Positions 22,104 to 33,059 of a stretch of DNA of 64,000 nucleotides are shown piece by piece (position 1 is the first letter of the stretch; each line of letters begins with the position of its first letter). The notes under the pieces are model-generated. The model worked only from the letters and a program-made list of their open reading frames with translations, had not been told where the DNA came from and did no database searches. Where the stretch lies: positions 106,324 through 170,323 of the forward strand of contig CANQPI010000001.1 in the NCBI GenBank assembly GCA_947625725.1. Reading direction: 5' to 3'. This DNA is from an uncultured Clostridia bacterium (lineage in GTDB: Bacteria > Bacillota > Clostridia > Christensenellales > CAG-314). The translations under genes were made by a program, and so were the position numbers.

Positions 22104-25100
22104 GTGAAAACTGCAAGAAAAATATTGATGGCATTGCTGTGTTGCGTTTTGCTTGCGGCAACGGCGTCGCTTGCCGTTGCCTGCGACACGGGTTACAGCG
22201 TGGCGGTAGAGTTCGAGCAAACACAGGGTACGGTCGCCGTCAGCGCACCGTCGGACGGCAAGGCTTACCGCTCGGGAGAAAAGGTGACGGTTACGGTTGA
22301 GCCTGCAAACGGCTACGAAGTCGATCAATTTACCGTCAACGGCAATGCCGCAGAACTTGTCGAGGGAAAGTATATTTTTGAAATAACCGAAGATACCCTT
22401 GTCAAAGTTACGTTCCGCGACGTTCGACCCGCAGAGTACACAGTGGACTTACAGGTTTCGCCGTCAGAGGGGGGGGGCACAGCCGAATTGAACCCTTCCG
22501 CGCAAAACGGTTTGTACGCCGAGGGCGAAACGGTGGTATTGACGGTAACTCCCGCAACGGGCTATGTTGCGAACGTAACGCTTAACGGTCAACCCGTAAA
22601 TTTGATCGCAGGCAAGTATTCCTTTGAGGTGCGGACGGATTCGCACTTTGTAGTTACTTTTACCGCTCTTGCGGACAAAGTTTTGCAATCGTTGCGCGGT
22701 ACTCTTCTGTTCGACGGCGAGTGCGTGGAAACAGACTTCGCTTTCAACGAAAAAACATCAAAAGCATGCAGCGCGTTGTTTGACGCAACGCACAGAGCCG
22801 TGCTGTTGCAACGTTGGTACGGCGCCGCCGTCGAATTTGTTCGGTTGCACAAGGACGTTGACGGCAAAGCCGCGCTTGTTTCTCACGACGAGGACGGAGT
22901 GGTGTCAAATCAAACTACAGATATCGATTTTGCGGATATTTTCAATCCGTTTGAACTGTTGACCGCCGACGACATCGAGATGACGGAAAAGGGCGTTTGG
23001 AAAATTTCCGATCCCGAAAAGGCGGCAAAAACAGCCAAGGCTCTTACGGGAAGAACGGAACAAATCGAGAACGTCGAACTGTACGATATCGACGGAGAGG
23101 CAGTGCGCGTCGCCGTTATATTGCCGAGAGTGCAAAGCGGCAAATGGATCGACTACCAAACCGTTTACACCTTTGAAGTGACGGGTCGCGGCGAAGTTAT
23201 ACCCGACGAATGGTTTCAGACTTATCAAGCGACCGCCGCGCATAGCGAACTGACTTCGGCTTTGCAAGCAGCCGCGCAAGCCGACAGTTACAAGGCGGTG
23301 TGCCGCGTAGAAGAAGACGGCGGCAAACCCTATACCTACAACATTTACTACACGCCGCAAGGCATATATCAAGATTTGGAGGGACAACAGCAGGGTTGGT
23401 TTGTCCGCGCGGACGGCGTTGTGTGGGGCTTTGACTACGACGCGGAAACGCAGCAAGTGACGCCCAATATGCAAATTTTGGAGAATTCGCAGGGGTTGGA
23501 TTACCTCAAAGCCATTTTCGACCGCACCTATGCCGGCAAAGAGTTTGCAAACCTGCTTGAAAGCAAGGGCGACGGCGTGTTCGAACTGCGCCCGATAGAC
23601 GTCGCGGTGGACTTTGACTCCACGGGTATCGCCGAGCAACTCGGACAGGCTTTTGCAACGGGCGTAACGCAAGTATTGTCTTTTGCCAAGGCTTCCGCAG
23701 TCAAAGTAACCGTCCGACAGGGCGCGCTGTATCAAGTAGAACTGTACTACAATTACTACGGTTCGGAGCGCGTAACGCTCACCTTTGAAGAATGGAACAC
23801 GACAACTTTGCCCATTACGATCGACGACGCCGCGCGCAACGGAAGCGTTCCCGCAAATTTTGTGGGCAGTTGGACGAGCGAACACGGCGACGTCAAGTTG
23901 GAAATGTCCTTGGACGGCATAAAACTCAACAACGATCGCGCAACCTCATTGAACTCCTTACAAGAGGGCGGCGTGCAATTTTCCGTTTCCGACGTGACCT
24001 ACACCGTGACCGCGCAGGATAACGCAGTGTTTCTTAGCGGCGGCAAATACGTATCGGAAAAGTTGGTGCAATGCGATTGGTCGTTCTTTATCGCAGATTA
24101 CTTTACGCAAAGCGGCGAGGCTCAAAACTTTACTTTGCAGATAACCGCTTGGGACTTTGTTATAACTCAAAACGGCGGTCAAGTTCAACGCGCCCAAGTG
24201 ACGGGATTTGAACGGTACACCGACGGCGAGGACAAATACTATCGCTTTACCGTAAAATTCGGCGACGCCGATTACGTTTTGGATCAAAAGGACGACGGCG
24301 ACGACAACGTTTGGCTGTGGTATGCCTCGGGACAAACTCGCAACGACGGCGTTACCGTTTTGCGCAACCGCAGAGAGGCTTTGCAAAGTTGGAACAATCG
24401 TCTTGGTACTTATGTCGGCGGCGGTTACACATTGACGATCGAGGCAGACAAACTTACCTTTGGCGACGCAAACGGAAACAAGACGTTCGCAGCAGATCAA
24501 TTTGTATATTACTCCGATTGGGACTATCAAAACGAGCGCACTTTCTACCGTTTCGAATTCGAGTTCGACGGCAAACAAGCGTTAGTGCAACCCTCTTCAA
24601 GCGGAAACTACATGACGTTGACTATCGGCGACGTTGTGTGCCGCTTGATAGACAGCGAGTACAAACAGGATTGGACAGGTCAAGAAGGCAATTTTGAAGG
24701 CGTTTCGAACAACGTCAAATATACGTTGGAAATTACGGATACTACGGTGTTCCTCACCATTGGCGACGGCGACAAGACGGAGGCGCAAAATTTGTTTTAC
24801 GACACGTCCGAGGGATTTTTGTTTGCGGTAAACGGCGTGGAGTATCGTTTCAAGAGTTACTTCAACTCGTGGGGCAATCTGGAATTCGGCGGCGACAGTA
24901 TTACGTTGAACTACGTTGAACCGCAACCGGAATTGCCCGATTGGAAAGATTATATCGGCACATTCGAGGGTATTTCCGACGGCAAAACTTACACTGTGCG
25001 TATAACGGCGGAGGGATTGATCCTATCTGTTGACGGCGTCGAAAGCGTTGCGCAAGATTTGTCTTTCGAATCCGTTTCGGGGTTGTTTGCCTACGACGAA

Positions 25101-25769
25101 TTTACTTTCACCATTGACGGCGTTGAGTACTCGTTAATGTCTGATAACGACTCTCACAACTCAATGACGCTGTCCTGCGACGAAACGGATCTGTATGTAA
25201 TGGGTATGACCCGCAAAAAGGAATGTGCTTGGCAAAAGTACGTCGGTACATTCGAGGGAACAAGCGGCGGCAAAACCTATGTCGTTACCATAACAGAGGA
25301 CGGCTTGACCGTCGCGATAGACGGCGTCGAAATCGTTGCGCAGGATCTGTCGTTCGACACTGTTTCAAGTTGGCTTGGTGCCTATGACGAATTTACTTTC
25401 ACCTTGGACGGCAACGGTTACACGTTGGATTCCGACGACGACGTCGGCAAAAAGATGACGTTAAGTGCAGATGATGGGTCCGTTTATGCAAGTATGGAAC
25501 GCACGGACGGCGGCGGCGAAAGTTACAAGATGTCGGAGCAAATTATCGGCAAGTGGCGTACTGCTGACGGAAGTATCGAGGTGGTTATTACCGAAGATTC
25601 CGTCACAATCAACGGCGAAGAAGTCGCCGATATGGAAATCGACCAATTTGGTGAACCGAGTTTTACCTGGAAGGGCAAACTGTTTTTGACAACCACCTAC
25701 GACGGACAGTCAATGGACCTGTTTGACGAAGAAATGGAAGAGGAATACACCCTCAACAGGGTCGAGTAA
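22104..25769 (+). CDS. Large acidic modular lipoprotein 4 (G9 tract at 22469-22477)
   Basis: AAAGGAG RBS with GTG, lipobox AVAC, two InlB-B-like repeats, central domain, ~7 modules. Confidence 0.85.
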   Translation: MKTARKILMALLCCVLLAATASLAVACDTGYSVAVEFEQTQGTVAVSAPSDGKAYRSGEKVTVTVEPANGYEVDQFTVNGNAAELVEGKYIFEITEDTLVKVTFRDVRPAEYTVDLQVSPSEGGGTAELNPSAQNGLYAEGETVVLTVTPATGYVANVTLNGQPVNLIAGKYSFEVRTDSHFVVTFTALADKVLQSLRGTLLFDGECVETDFAFNEKTSKACSALFDATHRAVLLQRWYGAAVEFVRLHKDVDGKAALVSHDEDGVVSNQTTDIDFADIFNPFELLTADDIEMTEKGVWKISDPEKAAKTAKALTGRTEQIENVELYDIDGEAVRVAVILPRVQSGKWIDYQTVYTFEVTGRGEVIPDEWFQTYQATAAHSELTSALQAAAQADSYKAVCRVEEDGGKPYTYNIYYTPQGIYQDLEGQQQGWFVRADGVVWGFDYDAETQQVTPNMQILENSQGLDYLKAIFDRTYAGKEFANLLESKGDGVFELRPIDVAVDFDSTGIAEQLGQAFATGVTQVLSFAKASAVKVTVRQGALYQVELYYNYYGSERVTLTFEEWNTTTLPITIDDAARNGSVPANFVGSWTSEHGDVKLEMSLDGIKLNNDRATSLNSLQEGGVQFSVSDVTYTVTAQDNAVFLSGGKYVSEKLVQCDWSFFIADYFTQSGEAQNFTLQITAWDFVITQNGGQVQRAQVTGFERYTDGEDKYYRFTVKFGDADYVLDQKDDGDDNVWLWYASGQTRNDGVTVLRNRREALQSWNNRLGTYVGGGYTLTIEADKLTFGDANGNKTFAADQFVYYSDWDYQNERTFYRFEFEFDGKQALVQPSSSGNYMTLTIGDVVCRLIDSEYKQDWTGQEGNFEGVSNNVKYTLEITDTTVFLTIGDGDKTEAQNLFYDTSEGFLFAVNGVEYRFKSYFNSWGNLEFGGDSITLNYVEPQPELPDWKDYIGTFEGISDGKTYTVRITAEGLILSVDGVESVAQDLSFESVSGLFAYDEFTFTIDGVEYSLMSDNDSHNSMTLSCDETDLYVMGMTRKKECAWQKYVGTFEGTSGGKTYVVTITEDGLTVAIDGVEIVAQDLSFDTVSSWLGAYDEFTFTLDGNGYTLDSDDDVGKKMTLSADDGSVYASMERTDGGGESYKMSEQIIGKWRTADGSIEVVITEDSVTINGEEVADMEIDQFGEPSFTWKGKLFLTTTYDGQSMDLFDEEMEEEYTLNRVE

Positions 25770-25902
25770 ACCTTGACGCGACGCCTTGCATTAAAATTGC
25801 GTCAAACAGTTGCAAATTGGCGCGGTGTGTGCTACAATATACAAGCATAACAGAATTATAGGGGTATATTATGCCCTGTTTCTTTGACGGAGGTCACACA
25901 AA

Positions 25903-26271
25903 GTGTTGAATTTTTTACTTGTTGAAGTACCTGCAGGCGTAGTTGCCGGTATCCGTATCGCTCTTGTCGCTCTCGCGTTGATTTGCACGGGTTTCATTAT
26001 TTTTGTGGTAATGAAGCAGTCGGGCAACTCCGACGGCACGGAGGCGTTTACGGGCAGTTCTCAAAAGGACGACAGCGAGTCCTACTACGGCAAAAACGCC
26101 GGTTCTCGTCTGGACGCAAAACTCAAACTGTGGACATACATTTGCGCGGGCGTGCTTGCACTTTGCTGCATTGCCATGATCATTGTCAGCGTTATCTTTC
26201 CTTCAGCAGAACCGCAAGCCGCACCGCAAGTTGGGGCTATGCTGAACATTATCACTGCGCTTTTGCGGTAA
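25903..26271 (+). CDS. secG: Preprotein translocase subunit SecG
   Basis: Two TM helices around VVMKQSG..AFTG loop; GGAGG RBS; upstream of rnr-smpB. Confidence 0.85.
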   Translation: MLNFLLVEVPAGVVAGIRIALVALALICTGFIIFVVMKQSGNSDGTEAFTGSSQKDDSESYYGKNAGSRLDAKLKLWTYICAGVLALCCIAMIIVSVIFPSAEPQAAPQVGAMLNIITALLR

Positions 26272-26423
26272 CATAACGTGCATTTTGCGGGGACGACACA
26301 AGTCGTCCCTATTTTTTGGCTCTGCGGGCGGTTTTGCGCGTCGCGTTTGGCGGGACGCCGACCGACGAACAGAAAGATAAATTTGCCGAAAATAAATTTA
26401 ACAAACGGGAACAAACTTTATAT

Positions 26424-28529
26424 ATGACTTTTACTGAAAAAATTTACAATATCATAGACCGCACGGAGGGACGGTATTTTACCGCCAAGCAACTGTACGG
26501 AATTTTGCAAACGAGATCCACCGTCGAACGCCGAGCCGTCGTCGAAGCGTTGCGCGCGTTGGAGCAGGACAACCGCATTGTCTACGACGCCCGCAACAAC
26601 AGGTATCGCAAGGCGGCGGAGGGCGAGTTCGGCAAGGCGGAGTTTCAAGCAAATCAGCGCGGATTCGGCTTTTTGATCCGCGAGGACGGCGACGACCTGT
26701 TTGTACCCGCGTCCAAAACTCACGGAGCGTTTCACCGCGACGTGGTGCTGTATCGTCGTTTGAGCGGCACTCGTGACGAAGCGGAGATAGTCAAAGTGTT
26801 GGAGCGCGGCACGACGCGCGTTGTGGGCACTTACGACAAGAGCAAAAATGCGCGTTTTGTAATTCCCGACGACGGCAGATTTGTTTCCGACGTGTACATT
26901 TTGCCCAAAAAGGATCTTCGCGCGCAAAACGGACAAAAGGTGGTGGCGCATATCCTGAACTATCCGCAGGACAACCGCAACTGTCCCGAGGGCGAGATCG
27001 TGGAGATATTGGGCTTTCCCCAAGACAAAGACGTGGATATTTTGTCCGTTGCGGCGACGTACGGATTGTCGCAGAGTTTCCCCGACGAGGCGCAACGCCG
27101 CGCCGAACTCGTTCCGCAAACCGTTTGTTCTGCGGATCTGGCGGGCAGGCGCGATTTGCGCGGCAAGCGCGTCTTTACCGTGGACGGCGAGGACGCCAAG
27201 GATCTGGACGACGCCGTTTCCGTCGAGCGCGACGGCGAATACTACATTTTGGGCGTACACATAGCCGACGTAAGTCACTATGTTTTGTCGGAGGGAGATA
27301 TCGACAAAGAGGCTTTTGCCCGCGGCACAAGCGTATATTTGCCGCAAACGGTATTTCCCATGCTTCCGCGCCAATTGAGCAACGGCATTTGCTCGCTGTA
27401 CGAGGGCGTGGACAGACTGACCCTCAGTTGCCAAATGAAGATAGACAAGCGCGGCAAGGTGGTGGACAGCGAAATTTTCCCCTCGGTGATACGCAGCGTT
27501 CACCGAATGACCTACGCCGAAGTGCAAGGGATATTGGACGGCGACAGAAAACCGACCGAGCGGTATGCCGACGTGGCGGACGACATTGCCGTTATGGGAG
27601 AACTCGCTCGCGTGCTTTCGGACAAGCGCAACAAGCGCGGCAATATCGAATTCGCCTCCAAGGAAGTTGTTTTTGTACAGGACGAAAAGGGCGAAGTGGT
27701 GGATATTCGTCTTGCGGAGAACAGTTTTTCGCATACGCTCATAGAGGAGTTTATGATCGTCGCCAACGAAACGGTCGCGGAATTTGCCTCCGCATGCGGT
27801 TTGCCCTTTGTTTACCGCGTGCATGCGCAACCCGATCGCGCCAAAGCGGACGTGCTGTTCGCCTTGCTCAAAGGGCTGGGCATAAACGTCCCCCGTCCGC
27901 AGGAGTTGCACAACTCCGTCTTGCAAAAAGCGCTTATGCAAGCAAAACAAACGCCCTACTTCGATCTTGTAAACGACGTTATGTTGCGCACAATGCAAAA
28001 GGCAAAGTACAGCGATACCAACACGGGACACTTCGGCTTGGCGTCCGGTTGTTACTGTCACTTTACTTCTCCTATCAGACGTTACGCCGATCTGACGGTA
28101 CACCGCGTACTCAAAACGGCTCTCGCGGGCAAAATGACGGACAAAGCCGTCGCCGCCTACGAGGAACTTTGCGCGAGATCTGCCGAGCAGTCCTCCCGCC
28201 GCGAAAAAATAGCCGACGAAGCGGAGCGCAAAGCCTGCGACGTCAAACGGTGCGCCTACGCCGCGCGATTGATAGGGCAGGAGTTCGAGGCGATCGTATC
28301 CGGCGTTACCGAGCGCGGAATCTTTGCCGAGTTGCCCAACACGGTGGAGGGGTTTGTTTCGGTGGAACAATTGGGCGAGATGACTTACGACCCCGAGCGT
28401 TTTTGTCTGTTCAACGACGCTTTGCGTTTCAGTTTGGGCGACAAAGTGACCGTCAGGGTGGCGTCCGTCAACAGACAAGCGTGCAAAATCGACTTTGACG
28501 TCGTTTTGAAAGGTTCAACGGCAAAATAA
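26424..28529 (+). CDS. rnr: Ribonuclease R
   Basis: RGFGF cold-shock domain, DGEDAKDLDDA, HFTSPIRRYADL, C-terminal S1. Confidence 0.95.
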   Translation: MTFTEKIYNIIDRTEGRYFTAKQLYGILQTRSTVERRAVVEALRALEQDNRIVYDARNNRYRKAAEGEFGKAEFQANQRGFGFLIREDGDDLFVPASKTHGAFHRDVVLYRRLSGTRDEAEIVKVLERGTTRVVGTYDKSKNARFVIPDDGRFVSDVYILPKKDLRAQNGQKVVAHILNYPQDNRNCPEGEIVEILGFPQDKDVDILSVAATYGLSQSFPDEAQRRAELVPQTVCSADLAGRRDLRGKRVFTVDGEDAKDLDDAVSVERDGEYYILGVHIADVSHYVLSEGDIDKEAFARGTSVYLPQTVFPMLPRQLSNGICSLYEGVDRLTLSCQMKIDKRGKVVDSEIFPSVIRSVHRMTYAEVQGILDGDRKPTERYADVADDIAVMGELARVLSDKRNKRGNIEFASKEVVFVQDEKGEVVDIRLAENSFSHTLIEEFMIVANETVAEFASACGLPFVYRVHAQPDRAKADVLFALLKGLGINVPRPQELHNSVLQKALMQAKQTPYFDLVNDVMLRTMQKAKYSDTNTGHFGLASGCYCHFTSPIRRYADLTVHRVLKTALAGKMTDKAVAAYEELCARSAEQSSRREKIADEAERKACDVKRCAYAARLIGQEFEAIVSGVTERGIFAELPNTVEGFVSVEQLGEMTYDPERFCLFNDALRFSLGDKVTVRVASVNRQACKIDFDVVLKGSTAK

Positions 28530-28663
28530 GCGTTCAAACAATTTATTTTTGCGTAGCCCGTTGACCTTAAATTTACTTTTGAGTTATAATATATTTGCAA
28601 AACTGTTACAATGGGATAGTTTAGTCGTAACTTTCCATTGCGACAAAAAGGCGGATCTTACAA

Positions 28664-29089
28664 ATGTGGGACAAAATTCTCCCTTGGATAGGCGGCATTT
28701 TTGCCGCTGTGGGCGTAGTGCTGGTGTTTTATGATGTGATAACCACCATAAAACGCCGCGACAAAACAAAAACAAATATTGCGGGCTTGGTCATTCTGTC
28801 CGTAGCCGTTGTCGGTTACGTAATTACCGACCTCGTTTTGCCCAACGTAATGGAAAATAGCCCTTGGCCTCCGTTGGCATCGTTTGCATGGATCGCGCTG
28901 TTTTGGGTGTACGTCATTTTGGACGCGGTGGTGACTATGGGCGACATCAAACTCGTGCGCCGCGAGCGCAAACAGGCAAAGTCGGCGGCAGCCGCCGAAG
29001 CGGAACAAACGGAACAAACGCAAACGGACAAAACTCCGTCCGCGGACGCGCAGGAGAAAGACTCTGCCGACGATAATTCGGAACAATGA
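28664..29089 (+). CDS. Hypothetical membrane protein (3 TM, acidic tail)
   Basis: Three hydrophobic segments; AAAGG RBS. Confidence 0.7.
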   Translation: MWDKILPWIGGIFAAVGVVLVFYDVITTIKRRDKTKTNIAGLVILSVAVVGYVITDLVLPNVMENSPWPPLASFAWIALFWVYVILDAVVTMGDIKLVRRERKQAKSAAAAEAEQTEQTQTDKTPSADAQEKDSADDNSEQ

Positions 29090-29256
29090 CCAAATTTTTG
29101 CGCCGTTTTTGCGGCAAATGTCCGACCGCTCGGGCGTTCGTCGAGGGATTTTGTCCTAAAATAGGCAACGTAACGGCACAAGCATGTCCGTTGACGGGCA
29201 AACGGTATGTTTGTTTTGCTCGGCGCAACGGGTAGTAGGAATATAACAAGGCATAT

Positions 29257-29703
29257 ATGAAACTTATCACCACCAACAAAAAGGCATATCACAACTACAA
29301 CATAGTGGAAACGTTGGAGTGCGGAGTGAACCTCATAGGTTGCGAGGTCAAATCTCTCCGAAAGGGAGAGGTGAACCTTGCCGATTCCTACTGCAAAATT
29401 TTTAACGGCAATTTGATTTTGGTAAACTGCCACATCAAAAATTACGACAAGGGCAGTTACAGCAACGTCGCCTCGCGCAGGGATCGCAGACTGCTTGCGC
29501 ACAACCGCGAGATCATGCGCATGTTGGGCAAGGTAAAGGAAAAGGGTTACTCTATCGTGCCGCTCAAAATGTACTTCAAGGACAGCCTCGTCAAGGTGGA
29601 GGTTGCGCTTGTCAAGGGCAAACGCGACTACGACAAAAAGGACGCCATTGCCGCACGCGATTTGGAGCGCGACGTGCAACGCACCCTCAAAGAATACTCG
29701 TAA
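29257..29703 (+). CDS. smpB: SsrA-binding protein
   Basis: NKKAYHNY, EVKSLR, KGKRDYDKK. Confidence 0.97.
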   Translation: MKLITTNKKAYHNYNIVETLECGVNLIGCEVKSLRKGEVNLADSYCKIFNGNLILVNCHIKNYDKGSYSNVASRRDRRLLAHNREIMRMLGKVKEKGYSIVPLKMYFKDSLVKVEVALVKGKRDYDKKDAIAARDLERDVQRTLKEYS

Positions 29704-29726
29704 CCCGTATCCGAAATTTTTTGTTG

Positions 29727-29768
29727 AAAAACCGACGCTTTCCGCTACAACGGAAAGCGTCGGTTTAC
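29727..29768. terminator. Probable bidirectional terminator between convergent smpB and typA
   Basis: AAACCGACGCTTTCCG/CGGAAAGCGTCGGTTT perfect inverted repeat. Confidence 0.8.
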
Positions 29769-29849
29769 TGTTTTCGGTATTGTTGTGGTGCAAGTTTTTC
29801 TAATCAAAGTTCCGATTTCTTGCGTTTGGTCGGAAAAAAGAGGCGACGC

Positions 29850-31667
29850 CTATTTTCTGTTTCTCGCCCAAATGCGCATTCGCTCGGAGTGGTCGAGGAC
29901 TTGCTTGCGCAAGCGAATGGACAGCGGCGTCACTTCCACAAGTTCGTCGTCGCCGATAAATTCCAAGCACTGTTCCAAACTCAAAACGGTGGGCGGCGTA
30001 AGTTTGAGCGCTTCGTCCGAGCCGCTGGCGCGGTTGTTGGTGAGGTGTTTGGTTTTGCACACGTTCACGGTGATGTCGTCCTCGCGGCTGTTTTCGCCTA
30101 CGATCATTCCCGCGTACACGGGCAAGCCCACGCCCACAAACAGACGGCATCTTTCCTGCGCGTTGAACAAGCCGTAAGCGGTGGTGACTCCGTCCTCCCA
30201 GCACACCAAACTGCCGCGTGTGCGCTCCTGAACTTCGCCCTTGTAGGGTTCGTATCCGTCCAAAACGCTGCTCATCACGCCGAAACCTTTGGTATCGGTC
30301 AGCATTTCGCTGCGGTAGCCGAACAACGCGCGGCTGGGAATTTTGAACTCCAACTTTGTGCCGCCTTGATTATCCGGCGACATATTGATAAGTTCCGCCT
30401 TGCGCATGCCCAATTTGTTCATCACTGCTCCGACATAAGCCTCGGGTACTTCCACCACAAGGTATTCTATCGGTTCGCAGGTTACGCCGTTTATTTCTTT
30501 CATTATCACGCGCGGACGGGATACGGCAAATTCGTACCCCTCGCGGCGCATGTTTTCGATTAGTATCGACAGGTGCAACTCGCCCCGCCCGTACACTTTG
30601 AAGCAGTCCGCGCTGTCCGTTTCCTCCACGCGCATGGATACGTTTGTTTCCACCTCGCGGAAAAGGCGCGCCCTTAGGTGACGGCTGGTTACGTACTTGC
30701 CCTCGCGCCCCGCAAACGGGCTGTCGTTCACCTTGAACAGCATCGATACCGTGGGTTCGTCTATGTTGACAAAGGGCAACGGTTCAACGCAATCGATAGA
30801 GCAGATCGTTTCCCCTATGTTCATGTCGGCAATGCCGTTTACCGCCACAATGTCGCCCATTGTTCCGCTTTCGCACTCCACGCGTTTCAGCCCATCAAAT
30901 TGGTACAGGCGCGTAACCTTTGCGGTGGTAAAGGTGTTGTCGCGGTGGCAAAGTATCACGGGCTGACCGACGGTAACTGTGCCGCGGTTTACTTTGCCTA
31001 TGCCAATGCGCCCGACGTATTCGTCGTAGTCGATATTGCATATCAGCAATTGCGTTCCGCCCTCCGTTTCGCCCTCGGGCGCGGGGATCTCGCTCAAAAT
31101 AGCGTCGAGCAACGGTTTCATATCCGTGCCTGGCGCAAGAGTTTCGCTTGCCCAACCTTGCTTTGCGGAGGCGTAAATGACTTTGAAGTCGAATTGGTCG
31201 TCGTTTGCGCCCAATTCCATAAACAGTTCCATTATCTGTTCGCGCAGTTCGTGTTCGTCAAATTCGCCTTTGTCCACCTTGTTGATGACGACAAGCGCCT
31301 TTTTGCCCAGGCCGAGAGCCTTTTTGAGGACGTAGCGCGTTTGGGGCATGCAACCCTCGATAGCGTCCACAAGCAACAGCACGCCGTCTACCATAGAAAG
31401 TATGCGTTCCACCTCGCCGCCGAAATCCGCGTGTCCCGGGGTGTCCACAATGTTGATTTTTACCCCGTTGTAGTGTACGGCGGTGTTTTTGGCGAGAATG
31501 GTGATACCGCGTTCGCGCTCGATGTCGTTGCTGTCCATCACACGGTCGGCGACCACTTCGTTGGCGCGGAACACGCCGTTTTGTTTGAGCAGTTGATCCA
31601 CGAGCGTTGTTTTGCCGTGGTCTACGTGGGCGATTATCGCTATGTTACGTACGTCTTTTCTTTGCAT
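29850..31667 (-). CDS. typA: Translational GTPase TypA/BipA
   Basis: [25 protein letters not shown]; start MQRKD at 31667. Confidence 0.98.
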   Translation of the reverse strand: MQRKDVRNIAIIAHVDHGKTTLVDQLLKQNGVFRANEVVADRVMDSNDIERERGITILAKNTAVHYNGVKINIVDTPGHADFGGEVERILSMVDGVLLLVDAIEGCMPQTRYVLKKALGLGKKALVVINKVDKGEFDEHELREQIMELFMELGANDDQFDFKVIYASAKQGWASETLAPGTDMKPLLDAILSEIPAPEGETEGGTQLLICNIDYDEYVGRIGIGKVNRGTVTVGQPVILCHRDNTFTTAKVTRLYQFDGLKRVECESGTMGDIVAVNGIADMNIGETICSIDCVEPLPFVNIDEPTVSMLFKVNDSPFAGREGKYVTSRHLRARLFREVETNVSMRVEETDSADCFKVYGRGELHLSILIENMRREGYEFAVSRPRVIMKEINGVTCEPIEYLVVEVPEAYVGAVMNKLGMRKAELINMSPDNQGGTKLEFKIPSRALFGYRSEMLTDTKGFGVMSSVLDGYEPYKGEVQERTRGSLVCWEDGVTTAYGLFNAQERCRLFVGVGLPVYAGMIVGENSREDDITVNVCKTKHLTNNRASGSDEALKLTPPTVLSLEQCLEFIGDDELVEVTPLSIRLRKQVLDHSERMRIWARNRK

Positions 31668-31979
31668 TTTTTCTCCGTTTGAGTGACTGCATTTTTGCAG
31701 AATAATATTTATCTCGATACTTATAGAATTATACTCTTTTCGCCCTTTGCCGTCAAACAAATGCGGCGTGCATTGCGCCGATTGTAGCAAAAAATTCCTT
31801 TGCAAACTCAAAATTTGCAAATATTTCACAAAGCAATCCAAAGTTTACATTTGTAAATTGCAATAGGGTGGATTTATGCGCCGTCTACTAGCGGTTTTGT
31901 CAACAAAAAGGGCTATCGCGTCTAGCGATAACCCAATGTCGTTTTGATAGTTTCTTCTGAGTTGGAGTGCGAACCTTTG

Positions 31980-32342
31980 TCACAGCACCATCCACATGTC
32001 CGTATCCAAGCGTTCCTCCAAATTTGCCGATATTCTGTCGGCATAGGCGGCAAGCGTCGCGTCCTTTAAGCGGTATATCATAACCTGGCATTGTTCGAGA
32101 TCCGACTCGTATTGCATCGCTACGGCGTATTCGTCGCTTTGCCACAGTCCGCCGAAGATTTCTTTTAACGTTTTGTCCGCTTCCTCCGAGGCGGCTTGTC
32201 CGTCGCCGTTCTTCAATTCGTCGTACAGTCTTGCGCTGTTTTGCACAAACCAATCGCAAAATGCGTCGATTTTTGCCTCGTCCAAACAAATTTCGGTTTG
32301 CGGTGCATTTTTTTCCTTCTTTTTTCCAAACAATCCAAACAT
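31980..32342 (-). CDS. Hypothetical acidic protein
   Basis: GGAGG RBS, MFGLFGKKK start, terminator hairpin at 31905-31934. Confidence 0.7.
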   Translation of the reverse strand: MFGLFGKKKEKNAPQTEICLDEAKIDAFCDWFVQNSARLYDELKNGDGQAASEEADKTLKEIFGGLWQSDEYAVAMQYESDLEQCQVMIYRLKDATLAAYADRISANLEERLDTDMWMVL

Positions 32343-32634
32343 AAAGTTACCCTCCGTTTTTTTGTTTTAGTATAACATTGCTACAAAGTCTTGTCAATAC
32401 TTTTATTTTCAAACTAAATTGGAATATCGCGGGTACGGCTCGACAGCGTTGTCATACCGCAACTCGAACAAGTAAAATGCGGTTTTTCTCTTTTGCAGTC
32501 GCAAGCGGTGCGCGCGTAAAAAAGTTTTGACGGCAGAGTTGCGCTCCGTACCGTCAGCGAAATTTGTCGATTATACTTGACTTTGAGTCGCTTTGGGCAT
32601 ATACTGTAAAAAAGAATAAAAGGAGATTCGAACT

Positions 32635-32961
32635 ATGTATTGCAAATATTGCGGAAGCGAAATCGACGACCGTGCGGTCATTTGTCCCAAATGCGGCGTG
32701 GCAACGTCGGAAGTGCAAATTCAAAACAGCGTTGAGCAAAAAACCAACACATTGGCGATAGTGGGTTTTGTGCTTTCTTTCGTGGTGGCGATAGCAGGGC
32801 TTATCTGCTCGGTGATAGCGCGCAAGCAAATCAAACAAAGCGGTGAGGGCGGCATGGGACTTGCCACTGCCGGCATGATAATTTCCATTGTAGAACTCTC
32901 TTTGTCCGTTTTGCTGTCTATCATTTATATGGGCATTTTCTTCGCCGCGTTGGGTATCTGA
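32635..32961 (+). CDS. Zinc-ribbon plus DUF4190-like membrane protein
   Basis: CKYCG..CPKCG, then TM segments with G.GLATAGMII. Confidence 0.8.
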   Translation: MYCKYCGSEIDDRAVICPKCGVATSEVQIQNSVEQKTNTLAIVGFVLSFVVAIAGLICSVIARKQIKQSGEGGMGLATAGMIISIVELSLSVLLSIIYMGIFFAALGI

Positions 32962-33059
32962 TAATTTTACAAAGTTGATAGGCAAAGCGTCCCGTATTTA
33001 CGACGGGACACTTTTTTATATTGCGCGGCATATACTGTCACATAACAAAGGAGAATGTT

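Noticed and set aside
29704-29849. tmRNA next to smpB
   Set aside because: Interval too short; only a terminator, no tRNA-like ends
32962-33059. glmS ribozyme
   Set aside because: Under 100 bp available, occupied by a terminator and promoter-like sequence; no ribozyme core
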